A stretch of DNA of 64,000 nucleotides from Amoebidium appalachense (lineage: Eukaryota > Protista > Ichthyosporea): positions 8,598,334-8,662,333 of the forward strand of contig CAVNZM010000005.1 in the NCBI GenBank assembly GCA_963693365.1, in the 5' to 3' direction. This document shows, piece by piece, positions 24,888 through 38,621 of this stretch (positions within the stretch are counted from its first letter, which is position 1; each line of letters starts with the position of its first letter). The notes under the pieces were generated by a model. It had not been told where the DNA came from. It worked only from the letters and a program-made list of their open reading frames with translations, and made no database searches. The translations under genes and the position numbers were made by a program.

Positions 24888-25612
24888 ATTTAGCGCCCCC
24901 TTTTTTGGCTAATCTTTAAGGGTGTGGCTGGCCAATCGGCTTTTGTATTTATATTTTAGATAGCAAATTACTTTTGATAGTGGGTGACGTGCCAGTGGTA
25001 ACCTTTTTCTCAAATTTGATATTTTCAGGTACGACGTACCCACATGATATGTACAGGGGTTGGCATGAATCTTCAAAACACTAGAGATTTAGCAGGTTAT
25101 TAATAAAACACTACCATAACTTAACATATGTGCACGAGTCATTGTTTTTCAGTGCCCCCCCCCCCCCCCCCCCCCCCCCATACACACACACACACACACA
25201 CACCGACACACCGTCTTACACTGGCACACATCATGCCATCCATCGGAATTTATCATCTTATGTGCCCCAGGTCACAAAGTTTCTAAACAAAGGGGTAAAA
25301 AAGCGTGTCCCAATAATGTGTGTGTGTGATGGTGCTGACGTTGGAGATGGGGGGTGGGGTGGGGGGGGAGAGGGGAGGGAGTTGGGGGGACGGGAGGGGA
25401 AGGGGGGAGTTTGGAAAATGCCTGGTCATTACAGACTTCCCATGCATCTGTGGAATCCTAGCTTGTGTTTGCTATGAGATTGCCATCATATTACACTGGA
25501 TGTGATTGGTCATTGTGTTCTAGCCAGTGGGTATATAAGCCGTCCAGAGCCACAATAAACATGAGTCGCCATGAACTTTTAACCCCCCCCCCCCCCTCCC
25601 CCCCCAAAAAAA

Positions 25613-25689
<77 letters not shown>

Positions 25690-25739
25690 TTTCTTTTTTT
25701 TTTTTTTTTTTTTTTTTAACACACGTGCACACCGCACAC

Positions 25740-25782
<43 letters not shown>

Positions 25783-26069
25783 AAAAAAAAAAAAAACATT
25801 ATTGAACTGTTCCTTACCACCACCTTTAGGTAAGGTACCAGCCCTAGGCCTCCACAAGGCAACGATGCCAACAGGTGCCATTCCTCGCAAATAAAGGCTG
25901 AAACAAAAATCCTGGCCTAAGTGTATACAGTAGTCACCTCAGAATAATAGTATTGTCACTTAAAATTGCAAGGATCTATAGTTGGTGCCAAGTGGAAGAC
26001 TGGAGAGTCTACCTTAGTAAATAAATAAAAATACTAATTAAAATCATCCCCCCCCCCCCCTCCCCCCCC

Positions 26070-26103
<34 letters not shown>

Positions 26104-26291
26104 TCGCGCGGCACATTTTTGACCACCACCACTAACATCTTGACGCTCGCTGCCACCACCAACAGAGATGCCTGTTGCACGGTCCCACGACCAAATGTCC
26201 TCTCCCTCCCCTCCCCTCCTCCCCCGCCCCCCCGCCCTCCCCCCCCCCCCCCCCCCCCCCTCCCACCCCCCTCCCCTCCGTCCGAGTCACA

Positions 26292-26343
<52 letters not shown>

Positions 26344-26345
26344 AT

Positions 26346-26430
<85 letters not shown>

Positions 26431-26609
26431 CCCCCTCCCCCTCCCCCCCTCCCCCCCCCCCCCCCCCCCCCCCGGCCGGCAAAAACCATCCTCATTTTCA
26501 TCAGCATCCAGGATATAACAGTGGCCACATGATGCCATTCAACCACTAGAAAGTTGAACACCGAAGTAGTTAAGATTATCATTATGGATTTTGTATTGAC
26601 TAGTCACAT

Positions 26610-26652
<43 letters not shown>

Positions 26653-27809
26653 CTAACTGCCCTCCAATATTGAAAAAATGAAAAAAATTACTTCCCGACG
26701 GCGGATTTGGAAAAAAAAAAGTTTTTTCTTTTGACTGGATTTATTCGACGGAAAGATATGCAAGTATGCACGGCATACTGAGAAGACAATAAAAAAAACT
26801 ATCACGAGTTATCCAGTAACAAGTGCATACTAAGATACCTGAACACTGTGTGAAAATCATATATCATAGATACTCAATGTGACGACCAACAGAATTCAAC
26901 AGAAAGTCTAAAGTGGTCACATTGCCAGCCAGTGTAGCAGACACCCGTAGGGAAAGAGGTAAAACGCGACATAAAAACTCACACCTATCAACATGTGAAA
27001 GGCCTCGTCGAGATCTGTCGAATGACACACAAAAAAAAATGCGCCATTTTGACCCCCCTCTCACCCGACCCGACCCGGCCCGATTACGTCATCATAGCCT
27101 TCCGACCCGACCCGAATCGGGTCACTATGGGCCAATCGAGGGTGGGGGGGGGGGGGGGGGGGGGGGGGGTGACACGGTGTCACACGCGTGGTACAAACAC
27201 GGACAAACTGCGTAGACACACACATATACACGCACACACATGCACCACACATATGAACATAATACTGGAAGCATAGCTCAAGTCTCTTGGGCCGGATCCG
27301 GAGGCCGTGCGGGTCTTGGCTATGGCTCCCCAATCCCTCCCCCTCCCGCCCCCCCCCCCCCCCCCCCCCCCCTCCCCCCTTTCCCCCCTCCCTCCCCTCC
27401 CCCCCCCCCTCCCCCCCCCCCCCCCCCCCCATACACACTACACACACACACACACAGTGACAGACACAGACACATACTTTTTGTAGATGCACACATGTGA
27501 TTCAGTCCCATCTGCTTGAACGCACCCCGCCCGGACCGGAATAAAATGGATACCCGATGGATATCAGTGGGTTTGAAATTTAACCCCCCAGGGGGTTCTT
27601 TATGTTGATGTAAATATTTTTTTTTCTTTTGGCTGGTAAATATCTCAGAATTGTTTGCGAAATTTTGAATTCTGAAAAAAATTTCACTAGGAAGTCGATG
27701 GCGCTGAGCACGTAGAACACATTGTTTTTGTAATAGCACCCATCCTTAATTGTTTTCCAGAAAAGCGCCAATTTATGGTCAATTAGTAAAAATCCATATT
27801 TTCAAACCA

Positions 27810-30442
27810 AAATACTTCACTTGATTCATCAAGCTCTATTTAGAGATGTATTTAGGCCAACTGATTGGTTGGAATAGTGTTCCAACAATCAGTGGCCACT
27901 AGGGAGCCGACTATGGTATATAGGCGGCGACTCGTTCTACTCGTCTTAGCTTTGTTTCCCCGTCGGCCCCTACTTAGCTGTAGAGGTCCGACAGACGGCA
28001 GGAGGCTCGGCTTAGCTCGGTAGGGCGGCGTGGCGCCCGGGTAGCAGTTGTGGAGCGTATTTAGCAGTGGTGGGTAAATCTAAATAGATAGCTATTTGCG
28101 TAGGGGTGAGCTGCACCCACGGCCTGAGGGCAACTGGGCTGCGGCCCTTTCTAGTTAGGTTCTACGAGCGCGCGTAGTGTTGTAGATAAACTGTTTGCGA
28201 GCGCGCGTAGTGCTGCAGACAGGTGTAGTGTCTCAATTTCTTCGAAGGCAGGATCATGGGAGATGCAAGTGATGCATCCCAACTGCCATTGTATCAGAGA
28301 GTTCGTGCCTGTGTAGATGAGTGGAAGCGTGGGGGTGCGTCTAAAGAAGTTTTGTTCTGGATTAAGTACGGCATCACACCAGAATGGAAGAGTGCGCGTC
28401 CTGCCCCTTTTGATGCAGGTGGCTATCTGGATATCGGCGAAGTTTCAGAGGCAGAAGCGGCAGTGGAAGTTGAACGGTTAGTGAGTAAGGGGGTCCTCAA
28501 GACAGTGCCTGAAAGCGCAAAATGGTGTGTTTCGAAGTCTTTTGGGCTGCGGAAGCCCAACGGAAACGTCCGGCTCATTATTGATATGCGTCCTGTGAAT
28601 GAATACGCCGTCGCACGTGGTATCAAGTACGAAACCCTCAGCGATTTGCGGGCGCTCGCGCAGCCGGGTGACCACGCTTTCAGTTTCGACCTCGAAGACG
28701 GATATTTTGCACTAGCCATTCAACCCCGGTTCCGCAAGTATTTCCAAATTCGTGTGGGGGGACAACTCTTCCAGTACATGGTGCTTCCCTTCGGTTACTC
28801 CCTCAGTCCCTACTTTTTCATGCGCCTTATGCGCGAGTTCGCGCGTCGGTTACGTGCACGCGGCATCCGTTCGTTGGTTTTCCTCGATGACTGGGCCATC
28901 TTCGAACAGGCGGCACGGGCACTCGACACACGCGGGGTGGTGGAGCAGGAATTGAAAGTCACCGGCCTTACGAAGCATCCGAATAAGGCTCATTGGGACC
29001 CAGTGAGTGCCCTCGACCATTTAGGCATCCACATAAATTTGGAGGAAGGGTATTTGTCTCCCACAGTGGCGTTTGGAAAAATTATCGGGGGAAACACGTT
29101 CTTTAATGGCTAAGGCGCGCAAAGGACGGCGGTGGGTGGAAAAGAAGCAGGTGGCTAGATGGCTAGGGTTGGTTGTTAGTTTGCGTGCGGCGGTGCCTCA
29201 TGTACTCACGGTTGTCCGGCCGGTGTATGGTGCTCTACACGGCGGGAACTGGCGTAGCTTTGTGCGGTTTGCGGGTCGGCAGCTACGCATTATCGGTAAA
29301 ACCATGGGTATAATAGGTCGGCTTCCCCACACGGAAATCTGGCCTGAGCCTATCACGGCCGCTCTCATCACAGATGCTGCCACCTCACACGGGTGGGGGG
29401 CAGTACTACAGTTGGGCCTACCAACCCCGCAGGTTGTGGAGGCTTTCGGTCGTTGGGCGGAGAGCGATGCACCACGGGCGGCTGCAGTGGCGGAGTGCGA
29501 GGGCCTACTCGAGGCCTACCGCAGGCCCGAAATGCAGGCCCTAATCCAACGTCAGCGCGTACGCTGGCAGTCAGACGCCCAGGCCGCGTTGGGCGCGGTG
29601 CGCAAAAAGGGCAGCAGCAGCCCCGCCATGCAGCGAGTGCTATGGCGACTGCTGCAGTTGTGTTTGGAAAAGGGGCTCCCCCTGGCCCCAAGAGCTGTCA
29701 TACATTCCGGGCGAAGTGAACGACCGTGCAGATTGGTTGTCGCGGATTGATCCCCGCCACGAGTGGTCGGTTACCCCTGCGGGGGTCGAGCGTATCGAGC
29801 AGACACTCGGATTGCACACGGCGGTGGATCGGTTTGCTACACCCGTGACAGCAGTCAAACCCACGTTTCACACATGGACCGCGGTGGTCCCCGTGAGCGG
29901 TGGGCAGGATGGGCTTGCCGCCGCATGGCAGGCCCCCAGCTGGTGGGCGCCACCGTTTCCATTGATCAAGCGGACAGTGGCGAAGATTCAGCGGGAATGT
30001 GCGCAGGGAATATTAGTGGTCCCGGTGTGGGACACCGCCTTATGGTGGCCGGTGGTGCAAGGGATGGCACAGGCCCACACGGACCTGGCCCCGAAGAAGT
30101 GGTGTTTCCGGTCGGTGTCCGGTCTTGGCGAATGCGTGCCTTCCTTTTGGACGGCAGCACCCGCCCCCCTTCATGATTGGATGAAAATCACTCGCCGCGC
30201 CGCTCCTGCCATCCAGCTTTGTGTATTATTTCTGTAAAATAAGAATGTGGTCGCAGATAGCAAGAACATAATTAAATACTTCGCTTGATTCATCAAGCTC
30301 TATTTAGAGATGTATTTAGGCCAACTGATTGGTTGGAATAGGGTTCCAACAATCAGTGGCCACTAGGGAGCCGACTATGGTATAAAGGCGGCGACTCGTT
30401 CTACTCGTCTTAGCTTTGTTTCCCCGTCGGCCCCTACTTAGC
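27810..30442 (+). mobile_element. DIRS/PAT-type retroelement reduced to RT-RNase H-MT, bounded by 169-bp direct repeats
   Basis: Repeats at 27810-27978 and 30274-30442 (3 mismatches seen). No gag or tyrosine recombinase ORF between them. Confidence 0.85.
28256..30176 (+). pseudogene. DIRS-type pol: RT, RNase H and adenine-methyltransferase-like domain, with frameshifts near 29070, 29700 and 30090
   Basis: RT: RLIIDMRPVN, SFDLEDGYF, LPFGYSLSP, VFLDDW, HLGI. RNase H: LITDAA..GWGA, QSDA, N..ADWLSR. MT: VDRFAT, WWAPPFPLI, LVVPVW...WWP. Confidence 0.85.
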
Positions 30443-30604
30443 CCCACCCACCCGCCCGAGCTGTGTTGCATTTCCCCGTCTTTAGCTAGTCTCTTGCTGA
30501 TTGGCTACGGCACACACACACACCCAGACACACACCCACACATGCACACATACATGTACACATACACACGGCACACACACGCACACACACACACGCACGC
30601 ACAC

Positions 30605-30654
<50 letters not shown>

Positions 30655-31147
30655 ACACAAACACACGCCCACGCAGCATTGAGGGTAGTGGAGGGGGAGG
30701 ATAGGGTAGAGGGGTTTTCTTCGTGCGGTGTGTTTATTTGGATTTTGTTCGTAGAGAGGCAGTGCATGCCATGGTATGTGTACGTTTCTGATGATCGTGC
30801 CCAGGGGCACTTGGCTGAGCCGAGCCAATAAGCAAATCGAAAGCAACAACATATCTAAATTTGACGTGTCCATTTCTTAAATATCTCGATTCTATGGGGA
30901 GCGGCATGCCCTAGATCGGAGGCGATTTTGAGGTCTGAAATTGGATTGGGGGGTTTACGCTGTTTACTCGAGGCAAAGAGAACCAGTCTCAGGTATGGGG
31001 GGGGGGGGGGTTTTGCTCGGAATATCCCCTCAGCGGTATATCATGATCACGTACATAGATGTCGGGTGGTGACTATATATCAGGGTTTACTTTCTCTACG
31101 AGACACCATAAAGACTACAAGGAGAAATCAATTAGTTGGGGTTCCCC

Positions 31148-31190
<43 letters not shown>

Positions 31191-31222
31191 GGGCTCCCCT
31201 CGGGACACTCGGTATCAGCTGG

Positions 31223-31295
<73 letters not shown>

Positions 31296-31299
31296 TGCG

Positions 31300-34200
31300 C
31301 TATAATTTTGTAGTGATGTGTTTCTCAAGCCAATCAATACATCTAATAAACAGGTCGTAGTTACGCGTGTTTAGTATAAAATCAAGGATGTTGTAATTTA
31401 CAGGTAGGCTATCTTTCTGGGTGTCTGTTGTGAATGTGACGTGTGTGTGTTGCGGTATTATGTGGTCTATCAAACTACATTTGGCGATACATGACCGGTT
31501 AAACTGGTGTGTGTGTGTGTGTTGTTTGGGCATGCAAATGATGCCACCTTATACTTATTAGATCTCCACTGTATAGCACGTGTACAGTAAAAGCGTGGTA
31601 ATTGATCAATAATACCATCAGCTAGAGAAAGACCAGTTCTACAGGAAGGTAATATGTATTTAGGTGTTATACACTTGCGAGTGCCATATTTGGCAATATG
31701 GTTGAGGCGGTCAGTATATATAAAACGAGACATAAGGCTTAGTTTTTCAAGGTGTATGCTTTCATCGGGTCTAGTGTCGTGTGGTATCTTTTTCCATTTG
31801 TTATATTGCGTGATTATCTTGTGATTGTGTACATGTTTAATAAGTAAGTGGCAGTCCAAAGTCACACACACACTATTGCGGGGTTTATTTGTATTTGTGC
31901 CCAGGGGAGAAGGGGAGAGAGAGGGGAGGAAAGAGGGGAGAGGTGAGGAGGGGACAGGTCGGATAGAGAAGAGAGGGTGGGAGGGCAAATACTTCTTTAA
32001 GCGGCTTATGTGCTTATTGAATTTCAGCGCGAGATAGGATACTCTAGCAGCTATTGGGACCAGACCATATATCGAGAGCGTTACAGGCCCAGGTTTACAA
32101 CAGTTGTTAGATAGAAAGGAGGCAACTTCTGCTTCAAGGAAATTTGCCAAGGGTTTAAGCGCTCTAGTTCTCTCTTTCTTGATCCAAGCGGCGAGAAGGG
32201 GTAAACCATATTCACATGCCGGGAAGACAAAAGTGCGAATAAATGTAAGTCTAATAGAAGGATGGAGGGGTGTGTCTTTAAAAATATTAGCCGAGAAGAA
32301 AGCTAACCGCTTACGAGCCAACTCTACCCTCTTTTCGACCATATGGGGAAACATAACACCAACAGAATCAACCGGAACACCAAGATATTTGTATTCTGGA
32401 ACTATAGGTACAGGTTTAGATGATAATGTAAATGTGTGTAAATTGTTAGCTATATCAGGTACAAGAACACCACATTTGTCTATGTTAAGGATCATAAGGT
32501 TTGCCTTGCACCACTCTGACACTACATCGAACAATCTTTGCAGGCGTCTAGGGGTACGGGCAAGGAGGGACAGATCATCAGCATAGAGAAGTGCAGGCGG
32601 AAAGTTATTAATAGGGTCATCGTTTTCGGCGTAAATCTTGACAGCCAAATCATCTATAAATAGGTTAAACAAAAAGGGGCTAAGCAATGAACCCTGCAAG
32701 AGACCTCTAGTACGAGCAAAACCATATGAAAGATGCCCATTAACCACAGCTCTACCATAGGTTTGAGACAAGAGTGCTTCTAACAGAACACCAATGCAGT
32801 GTGGTACACCCCGTGCAGCAAGCTTTTCCCATAGGAGACCAGGGGAGACAGAATCGTAAGCAGTTTTCCAATCAATAAAGCCAACATATTGTGCACCAAC
32901 TTGCATAGAATCGTGCAGTGCCATTATTTGAACATAACATGAATTGTTTTTACGAAAAGCGGATTGGCATGGGTGTATGTGAAGAATAGATTGAAACCTA
33001 GGGTGATGTGCAAATAACCTAAGTAAGCAAGCTTCAAAGAATCTACGAACAACCTGGGTTAGTGTAATGGGGCGAAAGGATGATATGGGGCCCTCAGAGT
33101 CCTTCTTAACTATGGGGATCACTAAGGTATCTAACCAAGATGACGGGACATGTCCACATTTAACACACCAAGAAAAGAGAGAGCTTAACATGATAGTAAG
33201 ATCAGGTTTAATAGCACGATCACTTTCCTTTTGTGGGTAGGAGGGAACAAGGATTTTAAGAAACCCAGCAGGGAGTCCATCAGGTCCACAAGACTTACTA
33301 GAGCTATAACTAGATATCACAGACCATATGGCATCGGGACTGAAAAAGGGGAGGATCGATTCTATGGGGATAGATGGGTCTACAGGCCACACAATGGGTT
33401 TCTGAGCGGGGGTCCTATCTTTAAACAGTTCCGAGAAATACTTATCAGAGTCTATGAGGGGGTCTCCAGTGGTATCACCAATAATACGAGCAGGGGGGCC
33501 AAATCGATTCATACTAGCAAGCCGGCGCAAGCTTTCCTTTTGAGACAGGGGTTCACCTAGTCTAGCGGGAGTGGTGTTTGGTAACAAGAGAGCATCGGGG
33601 TATTCCTTCCTACCACCGCCAGCATAATCACCGAGATCTATCAAATCATCAACAATAAAGTTAGTGCATGTATCTAGTACGAGATGTGAATCTGGCCTGG
33701 CTTGTGCAGATTCTAATAGGCGCATATATATAGGGTGTTTCGTAGCATAGCATACACATACATCAACTCTACCCCACTGTGACTTAAGCTGGGATAGACG
33801 GAGGCGAAAGGTGGGAGGGGGAGGGGGGAGCAGATCAAGGGAGATCTTAGGTAGGAAAAGGATAGGAGAGTGGTCAGATGACCTAGAGAGGTTAGGAGGG
33901 AGAGAGAGTTTTGACATGGTTGATGGCCAAAAGGCCACTCCCCAGTCGGTGTTGTGGGCATGGGATATTTGAGGGAACCGCAAAGTGTGACTTTGGACAT
34001 ACCTTGCTAAAGGGATAGCACGCTCCGGGGGCTTAGATGGGTACCCGACACTCACTTGCAGTGTGTCTGTGTGGTGGAGTCGCGTGTTAAAATCACCTAA
34101 AATAACAGTGGACATTGGTAACTGTGACAACTCGTGAGTCAATTCGACAACCGACATAGATGGTGGGTAATATACAAAAGTAAAAACATTAGAAAGAAAC

Positions 34201-34496
34201 TCTATAGAAACCGAGAATTCCGTTTTTGCTACCGGTTTGCACTTCACTCTCACGTGTGGTGCGGCAAGTACAATAATGCCTCGGTTTTTCGCGTAACCGG
34301 GGTGTGTGGATGTGTCGACCAATGTAGAGTTGAATTTGTGGTGGTTTTTAAACTGTGTTTCGCAAATCACTGTAAACGTGTGGTTGTTTGTCTGTTGTTG
34401 TATGTAGCTGATTTTATCGTCGAGTGTCCCGGGGGGGAGGCCCTTTTGGGGGCCCAGTGTCCGAGCATTCCAGAAGAAGAAGGATAAATTAGGCAT
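31300..34496 (-). CDS. LINE ORF2: AP endonuclease + reverse transcriptase; C-terminus continues to 31300 after a slip in a (CA)n run at ~31510
   Basis: WNARTL, ICET, ILGDFN, SDHSPI; GPDG, FRPITL, IDWKTAYDSV, GLLQGSLLSPFLFN, LLYADD, YKYLGV. Confidence 0.92.
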
Positions 34497-35673
34497 CGGT
34501 TTGGTCCGACACCTGTGGGGTTGGTTCCCACTTGTCGCTTACGGGGTCGTATGCACGACCTTCCGCCAGCGCGAACAGTTCGCAGAAGAGCTCGATTTCC
34601 ATCTCGCATCGGCGTTTGCGCTCGAGCAGTTTCTCACCAGAAAACATTGGTTCCTTCGTGTCCGTGTCTATCACGCTCGTAGCATCGTTTTCCAACTTTG
34701 CAAGGAACTCTTTTGCCTTGCTGATGCGTACACGACAACGTGTGGCGCACGCATTCTTAGCAGACACTTTACGTTCTTTGTCTGCTTTCTGAATGTTTTC
34801 CGGCGCGCATGGGTCGTAGCTTGGGAGGTGGGTGAAGAAGCTTCCACACCCCTTTGTCGCGTCACGGATGAACGCACGGTTATAGTCGCCCCGTACTGCT
34901 ACTTCCAGCACATCGTATCCAATGAAGGACAGACAAAGGATGCGAGAGCACCGGAAGCCGAGAGCCTTGAAGATGGACCACATGGCCCTGTGTGGGCGTC
35001 TGCCGTGCTTGACTTTGAAATACACCCTCTCGTATTTGGGTGGGATGTTGATGTTACCGTTTGCTTGGGTGTTCCCCTTAGCCGGCGGTTTGGGAGGGGA
35101 GTTGCGGCGGTACTCGTTGCCTGCAAGAATGCTGGCATATGTTTCCTTGGCAATTTGGCGGAGCTCGGGTGTTTTACGAGAGTTCGCATATTCTAGGAAC
35201 TCTGCCGGGAGCTGTGCTTCCGGTCCTGTGTTGTTTTGTGTTGGGGTGGAAATGTCTCCGTCGCGAGATGTTTGCTCATGAGTTTTGGGGTTTTGCGATC
35301 CACTAATGTTTAGCTGGGCTGTGAGTGAATCAATGGTGAGCTTGAGTTGGGTATTTTCTGTTTGGAGTTTTTCTATCATGTTCTTGAGTGGTAACAGCTC
35401 ATTTAGCTGTTTCTTAACGAGGGCAAGTTCTGCCAGTACTGTATCAACCGAAAGTTTCGGCATGGTTGTTATTGTGTTTCTACGGAGTGGTGTGGTGTTA
35501 TTCTGAATGGGTAGTGTATTGTAAATAGGTGTTGCGCTTAGTCTAAGGCGATGTTTTTCTGGTTGTGCATCTGTGGTAGGTGTATCTGCTGGACGTTTTA
35601 ATGGTCGCACATGTGTGATGGGTGTAGATGGAACTTTGAAAGAGGTTCTGAAACGATTATAGGCATGTGCCAT
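34489..35673 (-). CDS. LINE ORF1-like protein (coiled coil plus putative nucleic-acid-binding domain)
   Basis: 394-aa ORF directly upstream of ORF2, overlapping at ATGCCTAA; heptad-rich LAELALVKKQLNEL...LTAQL. True start may be the second Met. Confidence 0.8.
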   Translation of the reverse strand: MAHAYNRFRTSFKVPSTPITHVRPLKRPADTPTTDAQPEKHRLRLSATPIYNTLPIQNNTTPLRRNTITTMPKLSVDTVLAELALVKKQLNELLPLKNMIEKLQTENTQLKLTIDSLTAQLNISGSQNPKTHEQTSRDGDISTPTQNNTGPEAQLPAEFLEYANSRKTPELRQIAKETYASILAGNEYRRNSPPKPPAKGNTQANGNINIPPKYERVYFKVKHGRRPHRAMWSIFKALGFRCSRILCLSFIGYDVLEVAVRGDYNRAFIRDATKGCGSFFTHLPSYDPCAPENIQKADKERKVSAKNACATRCRVRISKAKEFLAKLENDATSVIDTDTKEPMFSGEKLLERKRRCEMEIELFCELFALAEGRAYDPVSDKWEPTPQVSDQTDA

Positions 35674-37218
35674 GACATGGATGGGGGTGTTCCCCGGCCC
35701 TTAGGGCCACGGATGGCCTGGTTTAGGGGTGGATGCGCGAAGGATACTATTTATTAGCAGATAATAAAGAGCGACATTTGAATCGATGTGTGCGACTGAA
35801 TCGATGTGTGCGCGACTGCTATTATCTGACAAAAGGATTCGATCAGGCTTGAGGCACCATACCCACTTTGCATAAGCGGCTCCTCGAAAATAAATGCGGG
35901 CGGCCTGACTATCAATTGCACTCTGCCTCTTTTTCTTTCCTGGGCCCCCGACAGTGTCCACGCAATAAAAAGCGTAAACCCCTTCCTGTTATCTTCTTTT
36001 CCTTCCTTTTTTCCCCCCCCGAGTCAACAGTCGGCGAGTCTTTCAATGCAGTATCCCGTACATAGCTTGGGTAAACCGGGTGTATACACCCCAGGTTGGG
36101 AGCAAACCACACTTCCGGGGCATGTTCGTTTCAAGCATGTGGTGTGTTGTTTGGGGTGGGGGGGGATTTGTACATGTTGAGCCGGGGGGGGGGGGGGGGG
36201 GGGGGGGGGGCACCAAACTGACGGGGGTACCGGTGTACGTATCATGTGACTTCGCAAGCGAGCCTCCAGATATCTAGAGCCTGGCAGACAAGGGAGGGCG
36301 AGACTATATGCAAGAGGAATATGGACAGAAGCAAAGGAATGAGAAGACCGGGCAGTAGGAAAAGAGAATCCCGTTACATGGTTTGGCACTACACAAGTTT
36401 GTAGTGGGACCCGTGGGAAGCCCTGCAGGATCCTTGAATCTGATGTTGGCTTTGTATGATAGCCTGGGACAGCAGCGCATTGTCGACTCACGGAAATCTC
36501 ATGCGGATGCAGAGACCGTGAGCTAATTAAGGAAACTTGGCCAAATGCAGCTTCAGAGTGTTGTGATGTCGCTGTGTGCACGGATCCGGAAGCTCGAGCT
36601 GCTTGATGCTCAGGGAATGTGTGACTCGGGTCACATTTGAAATCACTCAGTATGATATGATATAAAGGCCCATGGCCACGGCCATACATGGTACATATGT
36701 ATTTATGCTCAAAAGCCCAAACATATCTTGCATGCCTGTTGCGCATGTTCATGTGTGTATGTGCAGATACACACGTTGTGGCTCTGTTGTGGTGTTGGCC
36801 AGGCTGAGCCGTGTTGGCGTCTGTGTTTGTGTTTGTTTTTTTGCTGTGTCCGAGTCGTGGTGACGTCATTTATTGGCCCATGTTCGTGTTCGTGTTCTGT
36901 TCCCGCAGGCAGGGAGCATGGGCATGCGCCCCCCGGGCAGGCAGGGCCCGTGATATATAGCCCGTCAGACAGGTGTCAGAAACTCTCACACACACTTGCA
37001 CCGTCGTCAAAGACTACTTTCGTGCGTATGTTTTATATGTACGTGCGTGCTGTAATTTTTTCCAGCGCCCATTGTCGGAACTAGGCATGGTCAGTAGCTA
37101 TAGGGCCAGGGATAGGCACGGTGATAGCCTCCTGCAGGTGACGAGCTTTTTAGGTAGAAAACATTACCAGGTACCTGCATGCTGATGAAGGACGTTATTT
37201 TGATTAATTAAGTTGAAG

Positions 37219-38039
37219 ATGGCTTCCACAAATGATCCCTCTCAAGGGCAAGCAAAGACATGCACAAGCAACCTTGTCACACCAGACACGGAGAAGGATA
37301 ATGTTAACGAGCACTGCCAGGAAGGCAACGACCCTTTCGTAGATTTTTTCAAACAGAAGAGTGCAATCTACCGAGATTTATCCAAGGAGCGCAAAGATGG
37401 GTGGAAAAACGAACAGTTGGAAAGGAGGCATCAGAAACTCAGGACGATTACTTCGAAGAAACACAACGAGGAGGAAAGTCAGAAAGCGCTCGCAAGCAAT
37501 ATGTGCAAGGTCATGTGCTCGGTGTTTGCCGATGTGGACTTGCAGATTTCAGCGCATGTTCCTGGCTGGCTGGACAAGGTGACAAGCTTTCTTGATGTTT
37601 GCTGTACTCCAGGTATGTGCTGTCTCCCCCCCTCTTCCCCCCCCCCCCCCCCCCCCAAAAAAAAAAATATATTAATAAAATAAAATAAAATAAAAATAAA
37701 AATAAAAAGGACAAAAAAGAAGGGAAAAAACTTCCCCCCCCCCCCCTTTTTTTCTTCTTCTTACCAAATTAGTAATGGGTTCCACAGGCTGCATGCACAC
37801 ACCATCCGCTCACGTGCGAACACACGTACGTGGCACATATTGTCGGCCACAGTACATGAGCACGCAGACGTACATCTCTATATGTAGGTTCACAAAGTGT
37901 CACACAAGTGGAATTAATACATGTGTAATCGTTTGCATAAGGCATCCGAATCATCCGACGTCGCAGGATTTCCTCCCCTCCCCCCCCCCCCCTCCCCCCA
38001 CATACACACACCAGTACCGTGTACGCACACACGCGCGCG

Positions 38040-38082
<43 letters not shown>

Positions 38083-38321
38083 TTGCCCCCCTCCCTCCTT
38101 CCCGCTTCCTCCCGCCCCCTCCCCCCTCTCTATCGCCTCTTCCTACCGACAAATCTGCGCACACATGCTGTCGCGCATTCAGGCACTTACACTTCGTGCA
38201 CTCATTTCGACGTGCGCGCGTATACAACGGTATTATCGAACAGTCACACACACGCCACACGATTGATGCGATTCCACCTCCTCCCCCCCTTCCCCCATCC
38301 CCCCCCCCCCCCCCCCTCCCT

Positions 38322-38390
<69 letters not shown>

Positions 38391-38557
38391 ATTACTGCTT
38401 AGACACCGCAGTATGCATGTACAAAGGCACACTGACATTATGGACCGTTGTGCATACACACGCGCACACACACACACACACACACGCACACACACACACA
38501 CATGAACACACACACGCACACACACACGAACACCGGCACACACGCACACACACATAA

Positions 38558-38621
<64 letters not shown>

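Larger units (their letters stand above)
31149..35688 (-). mobile_element. Non-LTR retrotransposon (LINE, APE-RT), near full length, with poly(A) tail
   Basis: Two ORFs overlapping by 8 nt; T-run 31149-31186 is the poly(A); candidate 8-bp TSD GTTCCCCG at 31141-31148 and 35689-35696. Confidence 0.88.

Noticed and set aside
27060-27128. CCCGACCCG repeats ending ...GGGTCACTA, like a hAT terminus
   Set aside because: No matching opposite TIR or 8-bp TSD found
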